From assembly GCA_965205505.1 (NCBI GenBank), contig CBDBHB010000008.1, forward strand, positions 928,001-992,000: 64,000 nucleotides of DNA. The letters are read 5' to 3'. This DNA is from Acidobacteriota bacterium (GTDB taxonomy: Bacteria > Acidobacteriota > UBA890 > WLXD01). Below, in pieces: positions 30,536 through 41,314 of the stretch. The notes under the pieces were generated by a model. That model was given only the letters and a program-made list of their open reading frames with translations, was not told where the DNA came from and ran no database searches. How positions within the stretch are numbered: position 1 is the first letter of the stretch; the number at the start of each line of letters is the position of its first letter. The position numbers and the translations under genes are program-made.

Positions 30536-30622
30536 ACCTCGCGCTCGTGGCCGTACTGATCGGATACGTTTGCGAACGCCCATGAAACGATTTCACGTAG
30601 ATATCACTCTCAGCGGAGTCGT

Positions 30623-31972
30623 TTGATGGCTAGATACCGTTCTGCGCCTGTCCCTTCCGCCGAGATGCCCAGCGGTATTCCTTATATCCTCTCCAATGAA
30701 CTCGCGGAGCGGTTTAGTTTCTCTGGAATGCGAGGGATATTGGTCGTTTTCATGACGACCTATCTGATGGGACGCGAAGGCGAACTTGCCATCATGGGCG
30801 AGGACGACGCCAAGACGTACTACCATTTGTTTATCGTGGCGGTCTATTTGTTTCCGCTCGTCGGCGCGTTCATTGCCGATATGTTCCTTGGCAAATACTA
30901 CACGATTATTGCGTTTTCGCTGATCTATTGCCTGGGACACGGGGCACTCGCTCTCGACGACACCCGACTTGGGCTCTTCGCGGGACTGATCCTCATCGCG
31001 GTTGGCTCGGGTGGTATCAAACCGTGTGTCGCGGCTCATGTGGGTGACCAGTTTGGCGCAACCAATCAGCACTTGCTGTCGAAGGTATTCGGCTGGTTCT
31101 ACTTTGCCATCAATCTCGGGGCCTTAGCGTCTGCGCTTCTGACGCCACTCTTGCTGAAACACTACGGCCCTGCATGGGCCTTCGGTGTACCGGGAGCAAT
31201 GATGCTCTTGGCGACACTTTGTTTTCGGATGGGGCGAAACAAGTTTGTCCACATCCCTCCCTCGGGAACGGGTTTCGTTCGGGAAGCGATCAGTCCTCAG
31301 GCGCTTCGCGCGATTGGGAAACTGAGTATCGTATTTGGTTTCCTCATCGTGTTCTGGTCTTTAATCGATCAGACGGGATCCGCGTGGGTGCTTCAAGCGC
31401 AACACATGGACCGAGAATTCATGGGCATCGAGTGGTTACCCTCTCAGATTCAAGCGGTCAATCCTCTATTCCTGATGGTCCTAATTGTGCTGTTCAATTA
31501 CGTCTTGTACCCGGCTGTTGAGAAAGTGGTTCGTCTCACACCGCTCCGCAAGATCTCCGTGGGGCTTTTCGGGACCGCTGCGGGCTTCTCCATTCCTGTA
31601 TGGATTGAGGCGCAGATTCAGGCCGGCAACACGCCGAATATCGGTTGGCAGTTGCTATCGTATGGCCTTCTGATGGCGTCCGAAGTTCTGGTTTCAATAA
31701 CCTTTCTAGAATTCTCCTATACGCAAGCGCCAAAACAAATGAAAGCCGTGGTGAGCGCCATGTGCTATCTCACGGTTTCGGCCGGGAATATGCTTACCGC
31801 TGCGGTAAATTATCTTATTCAGAATGAGGACGGGACGTCAACACTGGAGGGTGCAAGCTACTACGCCTTCTTCACGGGAATGATGTTGGCCTCGGCCATT
31901 CTGTTTGTGTTCGTCGCCTACTTCTACAAAGAAAAGCGCTATGTCCAAGATGAAGAAGTAGGCGGTGCGTGA
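30623..31972 (+). CDS. POT/PTR family proton-dependent oligopeptide transporter
   Basis: NELAERFSF (ExxER), GSGGIKP, GDQF, FYFAINLG, LEFSYTQAP. Confidence 0.93.
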   Translation: MMARYRSAPVPSAEMPSGIPYILSNELAERFSFSGMRGILVVFMTTYLMGREGELAIMGEDDAKTYYHLFIVAVYLFPLVGAFIADMFLGKYYTIIAFSLIYCLGHGALALDDTRLGLFAGLILIAVGSGGIKPCVAAHVGDQFGATNQHLLSKVFGWFYFAINLGALASALLTPLLLKHYGPAWAFGVPGAMMLLATLCFRMGRNKFVHIPPSGTGFVREAISPQALRAIGKLSIVFGFLIVFWSLIDQTGSAWVLQAQHMDREFMGIEWLPSQIQAVNPLFLMVLIVLFNYVLYPAVEKVVRLTPLRKISVGLFGTAAGFSIPVWIEAQIQAGNTPNIGWQLLSYGLLMASEVLVSITFLEFSYTQAPKQMKAVVSAMCYLTVSAGNMLTAAVNYLIQNEDGTSTLEGASYYAFFTGMMLASAILFVFVAYFYKEKRYVQDEEVGGA

Positions 31973-32058
31973 TCGTCTCGTTCTTCTTGTCCTTGGAAGG
32001 GGACACCGTTGATCACACTGACCGGAATCATGGTTGATTGGTAGGGGGAATAGTCTCA

Positions 32059-33216
32059 ATGAATATTCAAAGACGTCGATTTCTGGGCAGCTTGTTGGGC
32101 CCAGCGTTTCTGGCAGGAATGCCGCTCTCCACGCTCGTCCCCGGGTCACCCTCGCCAACCGTGGCAGCCGATGCAAACGCTACTTTGATCGACGAAGCAC
32201 AACGTTGGGCGGTCTCGGAACGTGCGGCGGCTCTGCACGCTTCAGCCCTGGTGTGGGACGATCACGCTGGCTGGGGCTTTAACCAGGCCGAAGATCTCCA
32301 GTGGCTGGCGCTGTGGAGCGCCGCCGGTGCGGACTTCCTCTCGGTGAACATCGGCTATGACGCCACCCCGTGGACGCTGGCTATCCAAGCGGTTTCGCAA
32401 TACCGCCACTGGATTCGCGAGCACAGCGACCGTTTTGTTCAGGTCGAGACCTTTCAGGATGTGCAGATGGCAAGGCGCGAAAACAAATTGGCGGTCAGTT
32501 TCGACCTGGAGGGTATGGGCGCCCTGAACGGTGATGTCGGCATGGTCGACTTTTATTACCGGCTGGGGGTTCGACAAATGCTCATCGCCTACAATCTCAA
32601 CAACCTGGCGGGTGGCGGGTGCCACGACAACGACGCCGGCCTGACGCCATTCGGCCGCTCGGCGATTCGGGAAATGAATCGCGTCGGAATGCTGGTCGAC
32701 TGTTCACACACCGGCTACCGAACTGCCCTCGAGGCAATGGATGTCTCCGATGCGCCGGTCATTTTCTCCCATTCGAACGCACGCAACCTCCAGGATCACG
32801 AGCGAAACATCACCGACGACCTCATCGAGGCATGCGCTGCCACGGGCGGCGTGATCGCAATAAATGGTGTGCATCTGTATCTCGGGCCGCAGGACGGTAC
32901 CGTCAATCGCCTGGTCGACCATATCGAATACATGGTTCAACTGGTTGGCCCGGAGCATGTAGGCATCGGCCTCGACAGCGTACCGGTGCAGATAACTGAC
33001 GACGCCCCGGCGGACCCGCAATACTGGCCGGCCGGCCAGTATCCCGCTTCCGCGGGCCCAGATCCGTTCGCCCAGGTCGTTCAGCCCGATGCCATCCCCC
33101 AGATCACCGAACGACTGCTTGATATCGGCTATGACGACAGCGCAATACTGGCGGTCATGGGAGGCAACTTTGCCCGCGTTGCGGAACAGGTCTGGAAGCC
33201 CGTGAATGCCGGCTAA
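32059..33216 (+). CDS. Peptidase M19 with Tat signal
   Basis: IQRRRFLG leader, DLEG, VDCSH, FSHSN, HERNITDD, HVGIGLD. Confidence 0.9.
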   Translation: MNIQRRRFLGSLLGPAFLAGMPLSTLVPGSPSPTVAADANATLIDEAQRWAVSERAAALHASALVWDDHAGWGFNQAEDLQWLALWSAAGADFLSVNIGYDATPWTLAIQAVSQYRHWIREHSDRFVQVETFQDVQMARRENKLAVSFDLEGMGALNGDVGMVDFYYRLGVRQMLIAYNLNNLAGGGCHDNDAGLTPFGRSAIREMNRVGMLVDCSHTGYRTALEAMDVSDAPVIFSHSNARNLQDHERNITDDLIEACAATGGVIAINGVHLYLGPQDGTVNRLVDHIEYMVQLVGPEHVGIGLDSVPVQITDDAPADPQYWPAGQYPASAGPDPFAQVVQPDAIPQITERLLDIGYDDSAILAVMGGNFARVAEQVWKPVNAG

Positions 33217-33281
33217 AGGCCGGTCTCGACTACGCCCGGAAGCTACGTCGGCGGCAGGGTCGTCTGGGCGACGCTTGGTTG

Positions 33282-34652
33282 CTAGCAGGCCGTGGTGAAA
33301 GTGTGGTGGGTCAAGACGGTGACGTGATCGACATCTTGGAGGGACCATGTATGCGTGCGATCGATGGTGTCATTCTGATAGTTGGCGCGATTCAGTTGGC
33401 GACTCTGGGCCAGGGCGGCAAACGGGTCATCAAGATGACCGGCGGGGACCACGATATGCCGGCAAGTGCGGCAGTGGTCGCCGGAGACTATGTGTACGTA
33501 TCCGGACAATTCGGACGCGAACCTGACGGTAGGTTCGGCGACATCAAGGCCCAAACGCGTCGGGCTCTCGACAACATTTCCGCGATCCTGCACGAAGCAG
33601 GCACCAGCCTAGAGCAGGCGGTGTCCAGTTACGTGTACCTGCGGAGCAGGGGTGACTTCAGGGCCATGAACGACGAGTACAAGGCCTATCCAGGCTGGCC
33701 CAAGACCACACACAAGACCGCGCGAGGCGACGATTTGGACCTCCCGGTCCGGACGACGATGACCGGCGACCTATTGGCACCATCCGGAGCGCTGGTGGAA
33801 ATTACGATCATCGCACTTCGCAAGGGAGCTGAGCGCACAATCGTCCAGCCCGCCGAATGGGGGAAGTCGAATCTGCCCTACCCGTGGGCAATCAAGTCGG
33901 GCGACACGCTGTGGATTTCAGGACTCGTCGCCAGCAACAAGCGAGGGGGCCAGTACATACGTGGCGACATGAGAAAGGACGTGACCCAAACCCTGACTGA
34001 TATCGGGGAGGCGTTGTCGACGGCTGGAATGTCACATGCCGACGTCGTCTTCTCGCGTGTCTATATCCAGGATCAGGCGCTGGCGAAAGAGATGGACGAG
34101 GCCTATCGCACATTCTTCCCCAAAGAACCTCCGGCGCGAGCGACCCTCAGGGCCGGCATCATGGGCAGAATCCTTGATGAAATCACTACGATCGCCGTCG
34201 AGGCTCCGAAGACGATTGTCAGCATTCCGAATGCTGACGTCGCGCCCTCGGCGAGCCCCGCGGTCGTTGTAGGCAATCGCTTTTTCAGCAGCGGTATTCA
34301 GGGCGTGACCGACGCGACGAGAGGTGACGCGAACGCGCAGACGCGGGAAGTGCTGGCAAGGCTGGGTCGTGGGTTGGAAACAGCCGGCTTCGAGTGGCGG
34401 CACGTCGTTGATGCGTGGGTTCTTCTGAGTGACACGCGGGATTACCCTGCGATGGTTGATGCGTACCGCGAGGTCTTCAGAGGGGATTATCCGGCTTGGA
34501 CCGTGGTCGGCGAACAGCCGCTTGGTCGTGGGGTCGTGCAAATTCAAATCATGGCGGTGAAATAACTAGGAAACCTTTCGCCTCGCCACACGCTGCGCTT
34601 AGCGGGAATGCGATCTCGCCAGACCCACCACACTTTCACCACGGCCTGCTAG
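33282..34652. mobile_element. Non-autonomous cassette: perfect 31 bp inverted repeats around one passenger gene
   Basis: CTAGCAGGCCGTGGTGAAAGTGTGGTGGGTC at 33282-33312 and its exact reverse complement at 34622-34652; no transposase inside. Confidence 0.8.
33351..34565 (+). CDS. Triple-domain RidA/YjgF family protein, possible signal peptide
   Basis: Three repeats (VYVSGQ..QTRRALDNI, LWISGL..PPARAT, FFSSGI..YPAWT); GGAGG RBS before ATG 33351. Confidence 0.85.
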   Translation: MRAIDGVILIVGAIQLATLGQGGKRVIKMTGGDHDMPASAAVVAGDYVYVSGQFGREPDGRFGDIKAQTRRALDNISAILHEAGTSLEQAVSSYVYLRSRGDFRAMNDEYKAYPGWPKTTHKTARGDDLDLPVRTTMTGDLLAPSGALVEITIIALRKGAERTIVQPAEWGKSNLPYPWAIKSGDTLWISGLVASNKRGGQYIRGDMRKDVTQTLTDIGEALSTAGMSHADVVFSRVYIQDQALAKEMDEAYRTFFPKEPPARATLRAGIMGRILDEITTIAVEAPKTIVSIPNADVAPSASPAVVVGNRFFSSGIQGVTDATRGDANAQTREVLARLGRGLETAGFEWRHVVDAWVLLSDTRDYPAMVDAYREVFRGDYPAWTVVGEQPLGRGVVQIQIMAVK

Positions 34653-34739
34653 GCTTGGCGGCCATTCGAGGGTCCGCACCTGAGGTAATCATTTCCGCCT
34701 ACGACGGTGCCGGCCCGCTGCAAGCAGGAGGCCTACCTG

Positions 34740-36227
34740 ATGAGAGCTCCAACGACCACATCGTTCGCCCTAACCGTGCTCATCGGACTTCAGGTGGTCC
34801 TGGGCGGAGGCGCACTTCGGGGGCAAGCCGCTGTAGACACGGGGCTTCTCACACGGCCGGGTCAGGCGGTGGTGATTCGTGGCGGGTGGTTATTCGATGG
34901 GGTCGCGGACACCCGCGTACGGAACGAAGGGCTCCTCATCCGGGGAGGGAAGTTCCTCGACGTCGACGGCGGCCTCGGTAGCTACGAGGTCCAGGGCGCG
35001 CTCGTCGTTGATCTAGACGATGAGGAGACGATCATGCCGGGCATGTTCGATCTTCATGCCCATCACCGCGTGGGATTCGGCACGGACGACGCCGAGGAAA
35101 CCAGATGGGTTCCCATGCTGCATCTGGCGAACGGCGTGACATCCACGTTCCCGGCTGGCGAGCTCGATCCTGAAGGCATGATGGAGGCTCGCCGCCGGAT
35201 CGAATCCGGGGAGCAGATCGGGGCTCGGATCTTCAACTCGGGACCCTATTTCGGCAACGCGCGCAATCAGTGCCCAGAGGTTCGAACCTACCAGGACAGC
35301 TGCGCGCACTGGCCCGCTGACATAACGGACCAGCAGATCCGTGATCGTGTCGACGAGTGGGCGCTCCGTGGGATCAGGGGTATCAAGGCGAAGCAAGCGA
35401 GTGCGCGCGAGCTTGGGATCATCATCGACCAGGCCCACCGGCATGGGATTACCGTGACCGCACACCTCCACAACTACGCGGGTCGCGGCACCGACGTCAG
35501 TGTGCGTGATGCAATTCTCATGGGCATCGATCGTGTGGAGCACTCATTCTTTGACCAGCCTCTGATTCTAGCCGGGCAGATGGCGCCCGGGACATCGGAG
35601 TTCGACGAGAGGATACGTCTGTTCGTCGATCACAACGTCTACTTCGACGGCACGAACTGGCTGTACGGCCAGGCCGTAATCGAAGCCGAAGTCGACTCCA
35701 GCGAGGTGGCTGAGGTCGATACGGACCGATTCCTCACGCCCTATCTCCGGAGCTTGCGATCGGGGAGGGGGCCCAGGGGTGGCGCCGACTCCCAGCTCAC
35801 CGAGCAGGAGCGGGAGTGGGACCGGATCAACGGTACCGATGGGTACACAACGGTTTTCCACAACAAGGCTCCGGCGTTGCTGAGGCTCTATGAGCTGGGT
35901 GGGGGGCATCTCATCACCACGGGGACGGACAGCTGGAGCGGTTTCAGCATCCACAACGAGTTGTTCGCCCTCGCGTATGTCGGTCTCCCGCTGCACGCCG
36001 TGCTGAAGGCCGCGACGATAAACGGGGCCAGCGCCCTGGGTGTCGGTGATGGGCTCGGAACGATCGAGCCAGGCAAGATAGCGGACCTCTATGTTCTGCG
36101 AGGCAATCCCCTGGATGACATCCTCGCCACTCGGAACGGTCATTTGGTGATGAAGGCGGGACAGCTCTACGACGTAGAGACTCTCATCCGAGCAGCGGAG
36201 GGGAAAATAGGCCCGACCGGGCCGTAA
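34740..36227 (+). CDS. Amidohydrolase family protein, secreted
   Basis: MPGMFDLHAH, ANGVTS, TAH, VEH, TGTD, AATINGA, GTIEPGKIADL. Confidence 0.9.
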   Translation: MRAPTTTSFALTVLIGLQVVLGGGALRGQAAVDTGLLTRPGQAVVIRGGWLFDGVADTRVRNEGLLIRGGKFLDVDGGLGSYEVQGALVVDLDDEETIMPGMFDLHAHHRVGFGTDDAEETRWVPMLHLANGVTSTFPAGELDPEGMMEARRRIESGEQIGARIFNSGPYFGNARNQCPEVRTYQDSCAHWPADITDQQIRDRVDEWALRGIRGIKAKQASARELGIIIDQAHRHGITVTAHLHNYAGRGTDVSVRDAILMGIDRVEHSFFDQPLILAGQMAPGTSEFDERIRLFVDHNVYFDGTNWLYGQAVIEAEVDSSEVAEVDTDRFLTPYLRSLRSGRGPRGGADSQLTEQEREWDRINGTDGYTTVFHNKAPALLRLYELGGGHLITTGTDSWSGFSIHNELFALAYVGLPLHAVLKAATINGASALGVGDGLGTIEPGKIADLYVLRGNPLDDILATRNGHLVMKAGQLYDVETLIRAAEGKIGPTGP

Positions 36228-36261
36228 GAGCCCTGCAGGTAGCCAAGTAACGCTACCTACG

Positions 36262-36687
36262 TCAATTCTCTGGGAAGCCCCTCTCATGCCGGGGCAAGCC
36301 GTCATCTAGACGGAGCCAGTCGAGCCAGCGCACCGTCCAGAGATGCTCCCCGGGTGTCATCTGTTCCGGCTCGTCCAGGCTACAGACGGTCACCCAGACC
36401 CCTCCCCCCGAATCGTCCGGCCGCTGGTAGGTCATCTGGGTGCCACAGGCGTTGCAAAACTGACGGCGGACTCGGGCTCCGGCGTCGTTCCGGGACTCGT
36501 AGCATCCCGGTGAGCCTGCTGTGAGTTCGAACTCGTCGGCATCGAAGTTAGCCCAGGCCAAGAAGGGGGCACCTGAAGACCGGCGGCAATCACTGCAGTG
36601 GCAGAAGTGCACCCGAGCATCCGCCAACATCCCGCGATAGCGAATGGCGCCACAGAAACAACCACCCTCGACGATCACACCCTCCAC
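36262..36687 (-). CDS. GFA/CENP-V family Zn protein
   Basis: GGCFCGAIRY, CHCSDCRR, FCNACGT. Confidence 0.92.
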   Translation of the reverse strand: MEGVIVEGGCFCGAIRYRGMLADARVHFCHCSDCRRSSGAPFLAWANFDADEFELTAGSPGCYESRNDAGARVRRQFCNACGTQMTYQRPDDSGGGVWVTVCSLDEPEQMTPGEHLWTVRWLDWLRLDDGLPRHERGFPEN

Positions 36688-36912
36688 TGGATCCTCCCGG
36701 CCGTCTCATGGCCTGGTTTTGATTGATCTACCCGCGCAGTTGGCACCACGTATCAGTCGGGGGTCTGCCCCGTCAGGGACTCGCTTGGCGCAAAGAGCGT
36801 GACGACCAACAGCAATGCTCCGGCACCTTTCATCGCGTTCGTCACTAGTCTCTCCCGCGCCCCAGTGCGTTGGCCCCTCCTCTTGATAAATCCGATACAC
36901 ACCATGCTTCGT

Positions 36913-37242
36913 TCAAGCCCGAGTGACCTCCGTGATCCATTGGAGATACGGATCAGACCCGGCCGTGATTGGAAGACAGATTACCTCTGGGACATCGTAG
37001 GAATGCTCAGATTGCAGGACGGTCTCAATTTCATCATAGAGATCACGACGGGTCTTGATGAGTACTAGGGTTTCCGGCTCATTGGCGATGGCGCCTTGCC
37101 AAACGTAAAGACTATGGATGGGCAGAATCTGAACACATGCCGCGAGGCCATGACCAAGTAATGAGGACGCAAGCGAACGAGCTTGCTCTTGGTCGGACGC
37201 AGTGGTCATGACGACGCAGTAGTTTTGATTTTGTTCAGGCAT
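36913..37242 (-). CDS. cutA: Divalent cation tolerance protein CutA
   Basis: LAACVQI, SLYVWQG, HSYDVPEV, YLQWI. Confidence 0.93.
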   Translation of the reverse strand: MPEQNQNYCVVMTTASDQEQARSLASSLLGHGLAACVQILPIHSLYVWQGAIANEPETLVLIKTRRDLYDEIETVLQSEHSYDVPEVICLPITAGSDPYLQWITEVTRA

Positions 37243-37423
37243 AGCGTTGTGTACTCCCTGTTCCGAGAATTCGCGGCATACACCAGATGCGAGCCGTCGG
37301 GTGAAAGGGCCATCGAGGGGACCGCCTCAAACCCGAACGACAACTGCGGAAGACCTCAAGAGGAGCCACTTCTTCGGATTCTAGGTGGAGAGAGACGAAT
37401 GTACCGCCTGCCAGACGAGGCGC

Positions 37424-38522
37424 TCAGCCTATGACCTCCTCGTACACGCGGTAGAGGTTGCGCCCCATGATCTTCTCGATCTGATCCTCCGAGTAGCCCC
37501 GATCGACCAGCCCGGCCCAGACGACATCCATGCGGCGCGGGCCGTTGAGCTCGTCGATGAAGTAGGGCAGCTCGCTGTTGGTGACCTGGCTCCCCTCCTC
37601 GGCCCTGAGCTCGGCCTCGTACTCTGGGGTCATCTCGATGACGCGATGGTCACGGTCGCTGCCGATGCACACGTGATCGACGCCCGCCACCTGGACGGCG
37701 TGGTCGATGTGGTCGAAATAGGTGTGCAGGTTGTCCTGCTTCTTCAAGGTCAGGAAGGGGCGTAGCTGGCAAACTCCCACCAGGCCACCGTGCTCGGCGA
37801 GCAGGCGGAGGTTGGCATCGGTGGTATTGCGTTCATGTGGGTGCACGGCATTGCAGGCGGTGTGGGAGATGATCACCGGCCGGCTCGAATACGCGATCGT
37901 GTCGGCCATCGTCTGCATGTTGGCGTGCGAGAGGTCCACCAGCATGCCGATGTCGTTCATGCAGTCGACCATCTGGCGTCCGAACTCGGTCAGACCGCCC
38001 TCGTCGCCAGCGGCCCGGCAGCCGACGCCGGCGAGGTTGCGCTCGTTGTATGTGACCTGACAGCTCGTCAGGCCAAGCCGATGGAACATCTCCACGCGGT
38101 CGAGGTCATCGTCGAACTGGGTCGCATTCTGGTACAAGTAGAAGACGGCCATGCGTCCGGAGTCACGCGCCTCGTCGATGTGGGCGACGGACGTTGCCTT
38201 GACGAACAGGTCGGGGTGGGTCCCGAGGTAACGGTCGTATTCCATCAGGCCGTCGACGGCGAGTTCCAGTGCCTCCGCCCCCCTCTGCTTTCGGATCGCA
38301 GAGCGTCACCGTGATGGAGTCGATCCCGCTGGCCAGCATTTCTCGAACCAAGGGCGGCTCGTAGATCGGACGCAGCTCGCCCATCGCGTCCATGATCAAC
38401 GCGCTGGGGTTGGGCGGCCCCGAGAAATAGGGCGCGCTGCCCCCACTGACGGTCGCGCCGGGTCCGAGCCAACCAGCTGCGGCCGCGGCACCCGAGTGCT
38501 TCAGGAACGCTCGTCGGTTCAT
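37424..38522 (-). CDS. Peptidase M19 with Tat signal, one frameshift near 38280
   Basis: MNRRAFLK leader; TYNERN, VDLSH, ISHT, HERNTTD, HVCIGSD; the shift lies in a homopolymer run. Confidence 0.85.
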
Positions 38523-38531
38523 GCTTTGCTC

Positions 38532-39209
38532 CTATAGCAGACCGTGGTGAAGAGTGTACGCCGTCCGTCGCGACCCCCCGAGACTCTCTCTGACAGCGGC
38601 AACGCACTCGACGCCGAGCGGCAGGTCTTGAGCCAGCAGCAGCCGCCGGTCCAACGTGCCGCGCAACAGACCGTCCTGAGAGTGGGAATGCTCTGGCACG
38701 ATAGCGTGGACGAGCTCATGCACGAGAATCCGAGCGAATGCCCGCGTCGTCCGATGATGACAACGTGTCCCGCCGCGACAATTGGCGCGTTGTCTGCCCC
38801 CCAGGACATGGAAGATCCGCTCCGGAAAGATGATGACGCGGCGTCCTAGCGCCCACCTGGGTACGAACATCCCCATCGCCCGTGCCTTCACACCCCACGC
38901 ACTGGGCGGTCTTGCCGTAAGCGTCACCAGGTAGGAATCCGCGGCGGCCGGACGCCAGAATTCGCTCTCGGCTTCGGCGCTGGTGGAATTCTCTCCAGAC
39001 CAGGTGGCGCGGATGCCGATCTCACTCAGGAGGGTTACAGCCTGGTCGCCCATGGCTACCAAGAAGCTCTCGTCGAAGCCGACGCGGTCCGAAATGACGA
39101 AGTGGAGATGCGGAACAGGATCGGACGCCGCTGGTTTCTTCCCCGATTCTCCAAGCCAGCCATGCAATGCGAGCGACACAACGAGATTCAACACGAGTAC
39201 CAGGTACAT
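38532..39209 (-). CDS. Secreted hypothetical protein with HEXXH zinc-binding motif
   Basis: Hydrophobic N-terminus; ARILVHELVHAIVPEHSH; the C-terminus HHGLL is the antisense read of the CTAG repeat. Confidence 0.65.
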   Translation of the reverse strand: MYLVLVLNLVVSLALHGWLGESGKKPAASDPVPHLHFVISDRVGFDESFLVAMGDQAVTLLSEIGIRATWSGENSTSAEAESEFWRPAAADSYLVTLTARPPSAWGVKARAMGMFVPRWALGRRVIIFPERIFHVLGGRQRANCRGGTRCHHRTTRAFARILVHELVHAIVPEHSHSQDGLLRGTLDRRLLLAQDLPLGVECVAAVRESLGGSRRTAYTLHHGLL

Positions 39210-39499
39210 GCTAATCACACATTTGGGGATGCAATGGAGCGGGTCATTCCAAGTCGCCCCAGATATGTCGTGCCGGAGCCGCCTTTCGGGCACCGCTTAC
39301 GTATGCGGCGGGCAACCTCGGCTCTCCCCGGCCAATTGCCTCCGATACACGACGCGGTTTCGGTACCCCAGCAACGGGGCATACAAGTCGGGTACTACCG
39401 GGCAGCGCTGTGACGCATATAACGACCCCGTAGGGGAGCACCTGCCGGACCGAAGTCGAACTCTTTTTGAAGCCGCAAGTCGAGCTGCCTGAACGGGTC

Positions 39500-39806
39500 G
39501 ACGGTGCGGTTGCCGTTGCTGCAGATCGAACAGCTCCGGCTGCGGCGACATGATCAGCTTGTAACGGTCGCTACGTAGCGTCTTGAGCTCGCTCCAGCCG
39601 AAGTGCAGTCGCGGGTAATAGGACTCGGCATAGACCGCATCGCGCCATGGAGCCTCGTCACGCCCCAGCGGTGACCAGCAGGACGTTGTAGTCGCCGTCA
39701 TCGCGGAGCTCGTCGAAGCTCGGCGACGAGGTCGAGCAACCCGAGCTGCCAACCAGCAGCCCCAACAGAACCGCGCAGCTCGCAGGTACCTGGTGCCGGC
39801 GCCCAT
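39500..39806 (-). pseudogene. Internally deleted sulfatase
   Basis: Lipoprotein-like start with YNVLLVT joined out of frame to VYAESYYPRLHFGWSELKTLRSDRYKLIMSPQPELFDL. Confidence 0.75.
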
Positions 39807-39911
39807 ATGGGCTCACGGACCGTGGTCCGCGCAAAACATCGCGTGACGTCCTACTACTCCTGGCCACTGCACCCCAACTGCCGATTGGCAACCAAGGTCA
39901 CATGGAAGCGA

Positions 39912-41300
39912 TCAACTGACGATGTAGATCCCGTAGTTTGGGACCTGAATCCATTCGACGCCGTTGGGTCCGACCACTTGCGGATTCGAAAAGTTGATAG
40001 AGATCGGATATCCGGGCCGGTCCGGCAGGTTGGTGTGGACGGCGTATTCGAACGCGAAGATGTGGTTCGGGCGGATAACCAGGTCGTCCCGATCGCGGCG
40101 GAATGGCGCGATCGACGGCCCGACCGTCATGAGCTCGCCGTTGTTGTTGCCCTGGGCGTGAAGATCCAGGTAGAAACCGGGGCTGTCGGTGCCGGCGAGA
40201 TAATCCTGGACCATTCGGTAATCCTCTTCTCCATCGTCAGTGAAAGGCGTGTAGATGTATCCCTCCGCCTCCAGCGCGGCGACGATTTCCTCGAGCGCCT
40301 CTCCCGAGGTCATGCCGACCCGTACGTGCTCTCGCATGATTCCCTGCGCTCTCTTGCCGAAGTCCCAAGCCCGCTGGAGGCTCTCCGGAACTTCGGTCTC
40401 GCCGTCGCGAAGGATGTACGCCTGGAGCTTGGAGTCGACTGAAAACGAGGAGAACCCGAAGTCGAAGATCCGCTCGACACCGTAGTTGAGGCTGATGAAA
40501 TCACCGCCCTGAAGCACGTAGTTGCGACTGTGGGCCGGGGAGGAAGTCTGCGGCGCTGCCTTGCCTTCTGCAGTGGCCGAATAGAGGACGGAGCCACGGC
40601 GGAGGTCGCCGACCTTCGTCTTGCCGGGAACGATGCTCTCGAGTTGCGCGATCGCCGCCTGACGGGCGGCTTCGAGCGTGATCGCCTGGATGGCGACCTC
40701 GAGAGAGAGGCGGCGCGAGCGAAAATCGGTGATGAGATGCTCCGCCGATACGATCCGGGAGGAAAGCTCGGGCCCGAGGATTTGCTCGAGCTTTGTAAAT
40801 TGCGTGTGGGAAATGCTGTCAGCAACCGCCAGCCAATCGGAAACATTCACGGCGATCGTCTGCGGGTCGTGCGTTTCCACGTACTCTCTCAGCTCATCGT
40901 AGACCGCAAAATCCACGTTGCCGTGGTCGTAGCCGGTGAGAGCGCGTGAAATCTCCATCGATCCAAAGACGTCGATGTTTTCGATGGCGCCCCCTCCACC
41001 AAAGACCTCACCGAAGACTGCTCGTTCGACCCGATCGCCAAGGTCGGTGAAGATAATGAAACCGCCGATCCTGCCGAACTCGTAGGCGAGCGGATCGGGG
41101 TTGCCCTGGCGCGCGGCGTGAATCCACATGTCGACGTTGTTGTCGCGCATGGCGCTGGGGAGAATGAGATCGAGCCGGTCGTTGCGGATCAAGCGAAGCC
41201 ACTCGTCCTGATCAGGCTTCGGCATCTGCTCCTGTGCGCCGGCCGGTAGTCCGACGCCCAGCATGAACGCGATGAGGGCCAATACGAGGCGAGCTTGCAT
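39912..41300 (-). CDS. Secreted M24-fold (Xaa-Pro aminopeptidase-like) protein
   Basis: Signal peptide; ILPSAMRDNNVDMWI, LQGGD, DSKLQAYILRDGETEVP, DLHAQG, FAFEY; paralog of 58453-59883. Confidence 0.75.
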   Translation of the reverse strand: MQARLVLALIAFMLGVGLPAGAQEQMPKPDQDEWLRLIRNDRLDLILPSAMRDNNVDMWIHAARQGNPDPLAYEFGRIGGFIIFTDLGDRVERAVFGEVFGGGGAIENIDVFGSMEISRALTGYDHGNVDFAVYDELREYVETHDPQTIAVNVSDWLAVADSISHTQFTKLEQILGPELSSRIVSAEHLITDFRSRRLSLEVAIQAITLEAARQAAIAQLESIVPGKTKVGDLRRGSVLYSATAEGKAAPQTSSPAHSRNYVLQGGDFISLNYGVERIFDFGFSSFSVDSKLQAYILRDGETEVPESLQRAWDFGKRAQGIMREHVRVGMTSGEALEEIVAALEAEGYIYTPFTDDGEEDYRMVQDYLAGTDSPGFYLDLHAQGNNNGELMTVGPSIAPFRRDRDDLVIRPNHIFAFEYAVHTNLPDRPGYPISINFSNPQVVGPNGVEWIQVPNYGIYIVS

Positions 41301-41314
41301 CCTCCTGTCCTTCG

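Noticed and set aside
36860-36912. IS3-like scrap reading VYRIYQEEG
   Set aside because: Too short to call as a feature with confidence.
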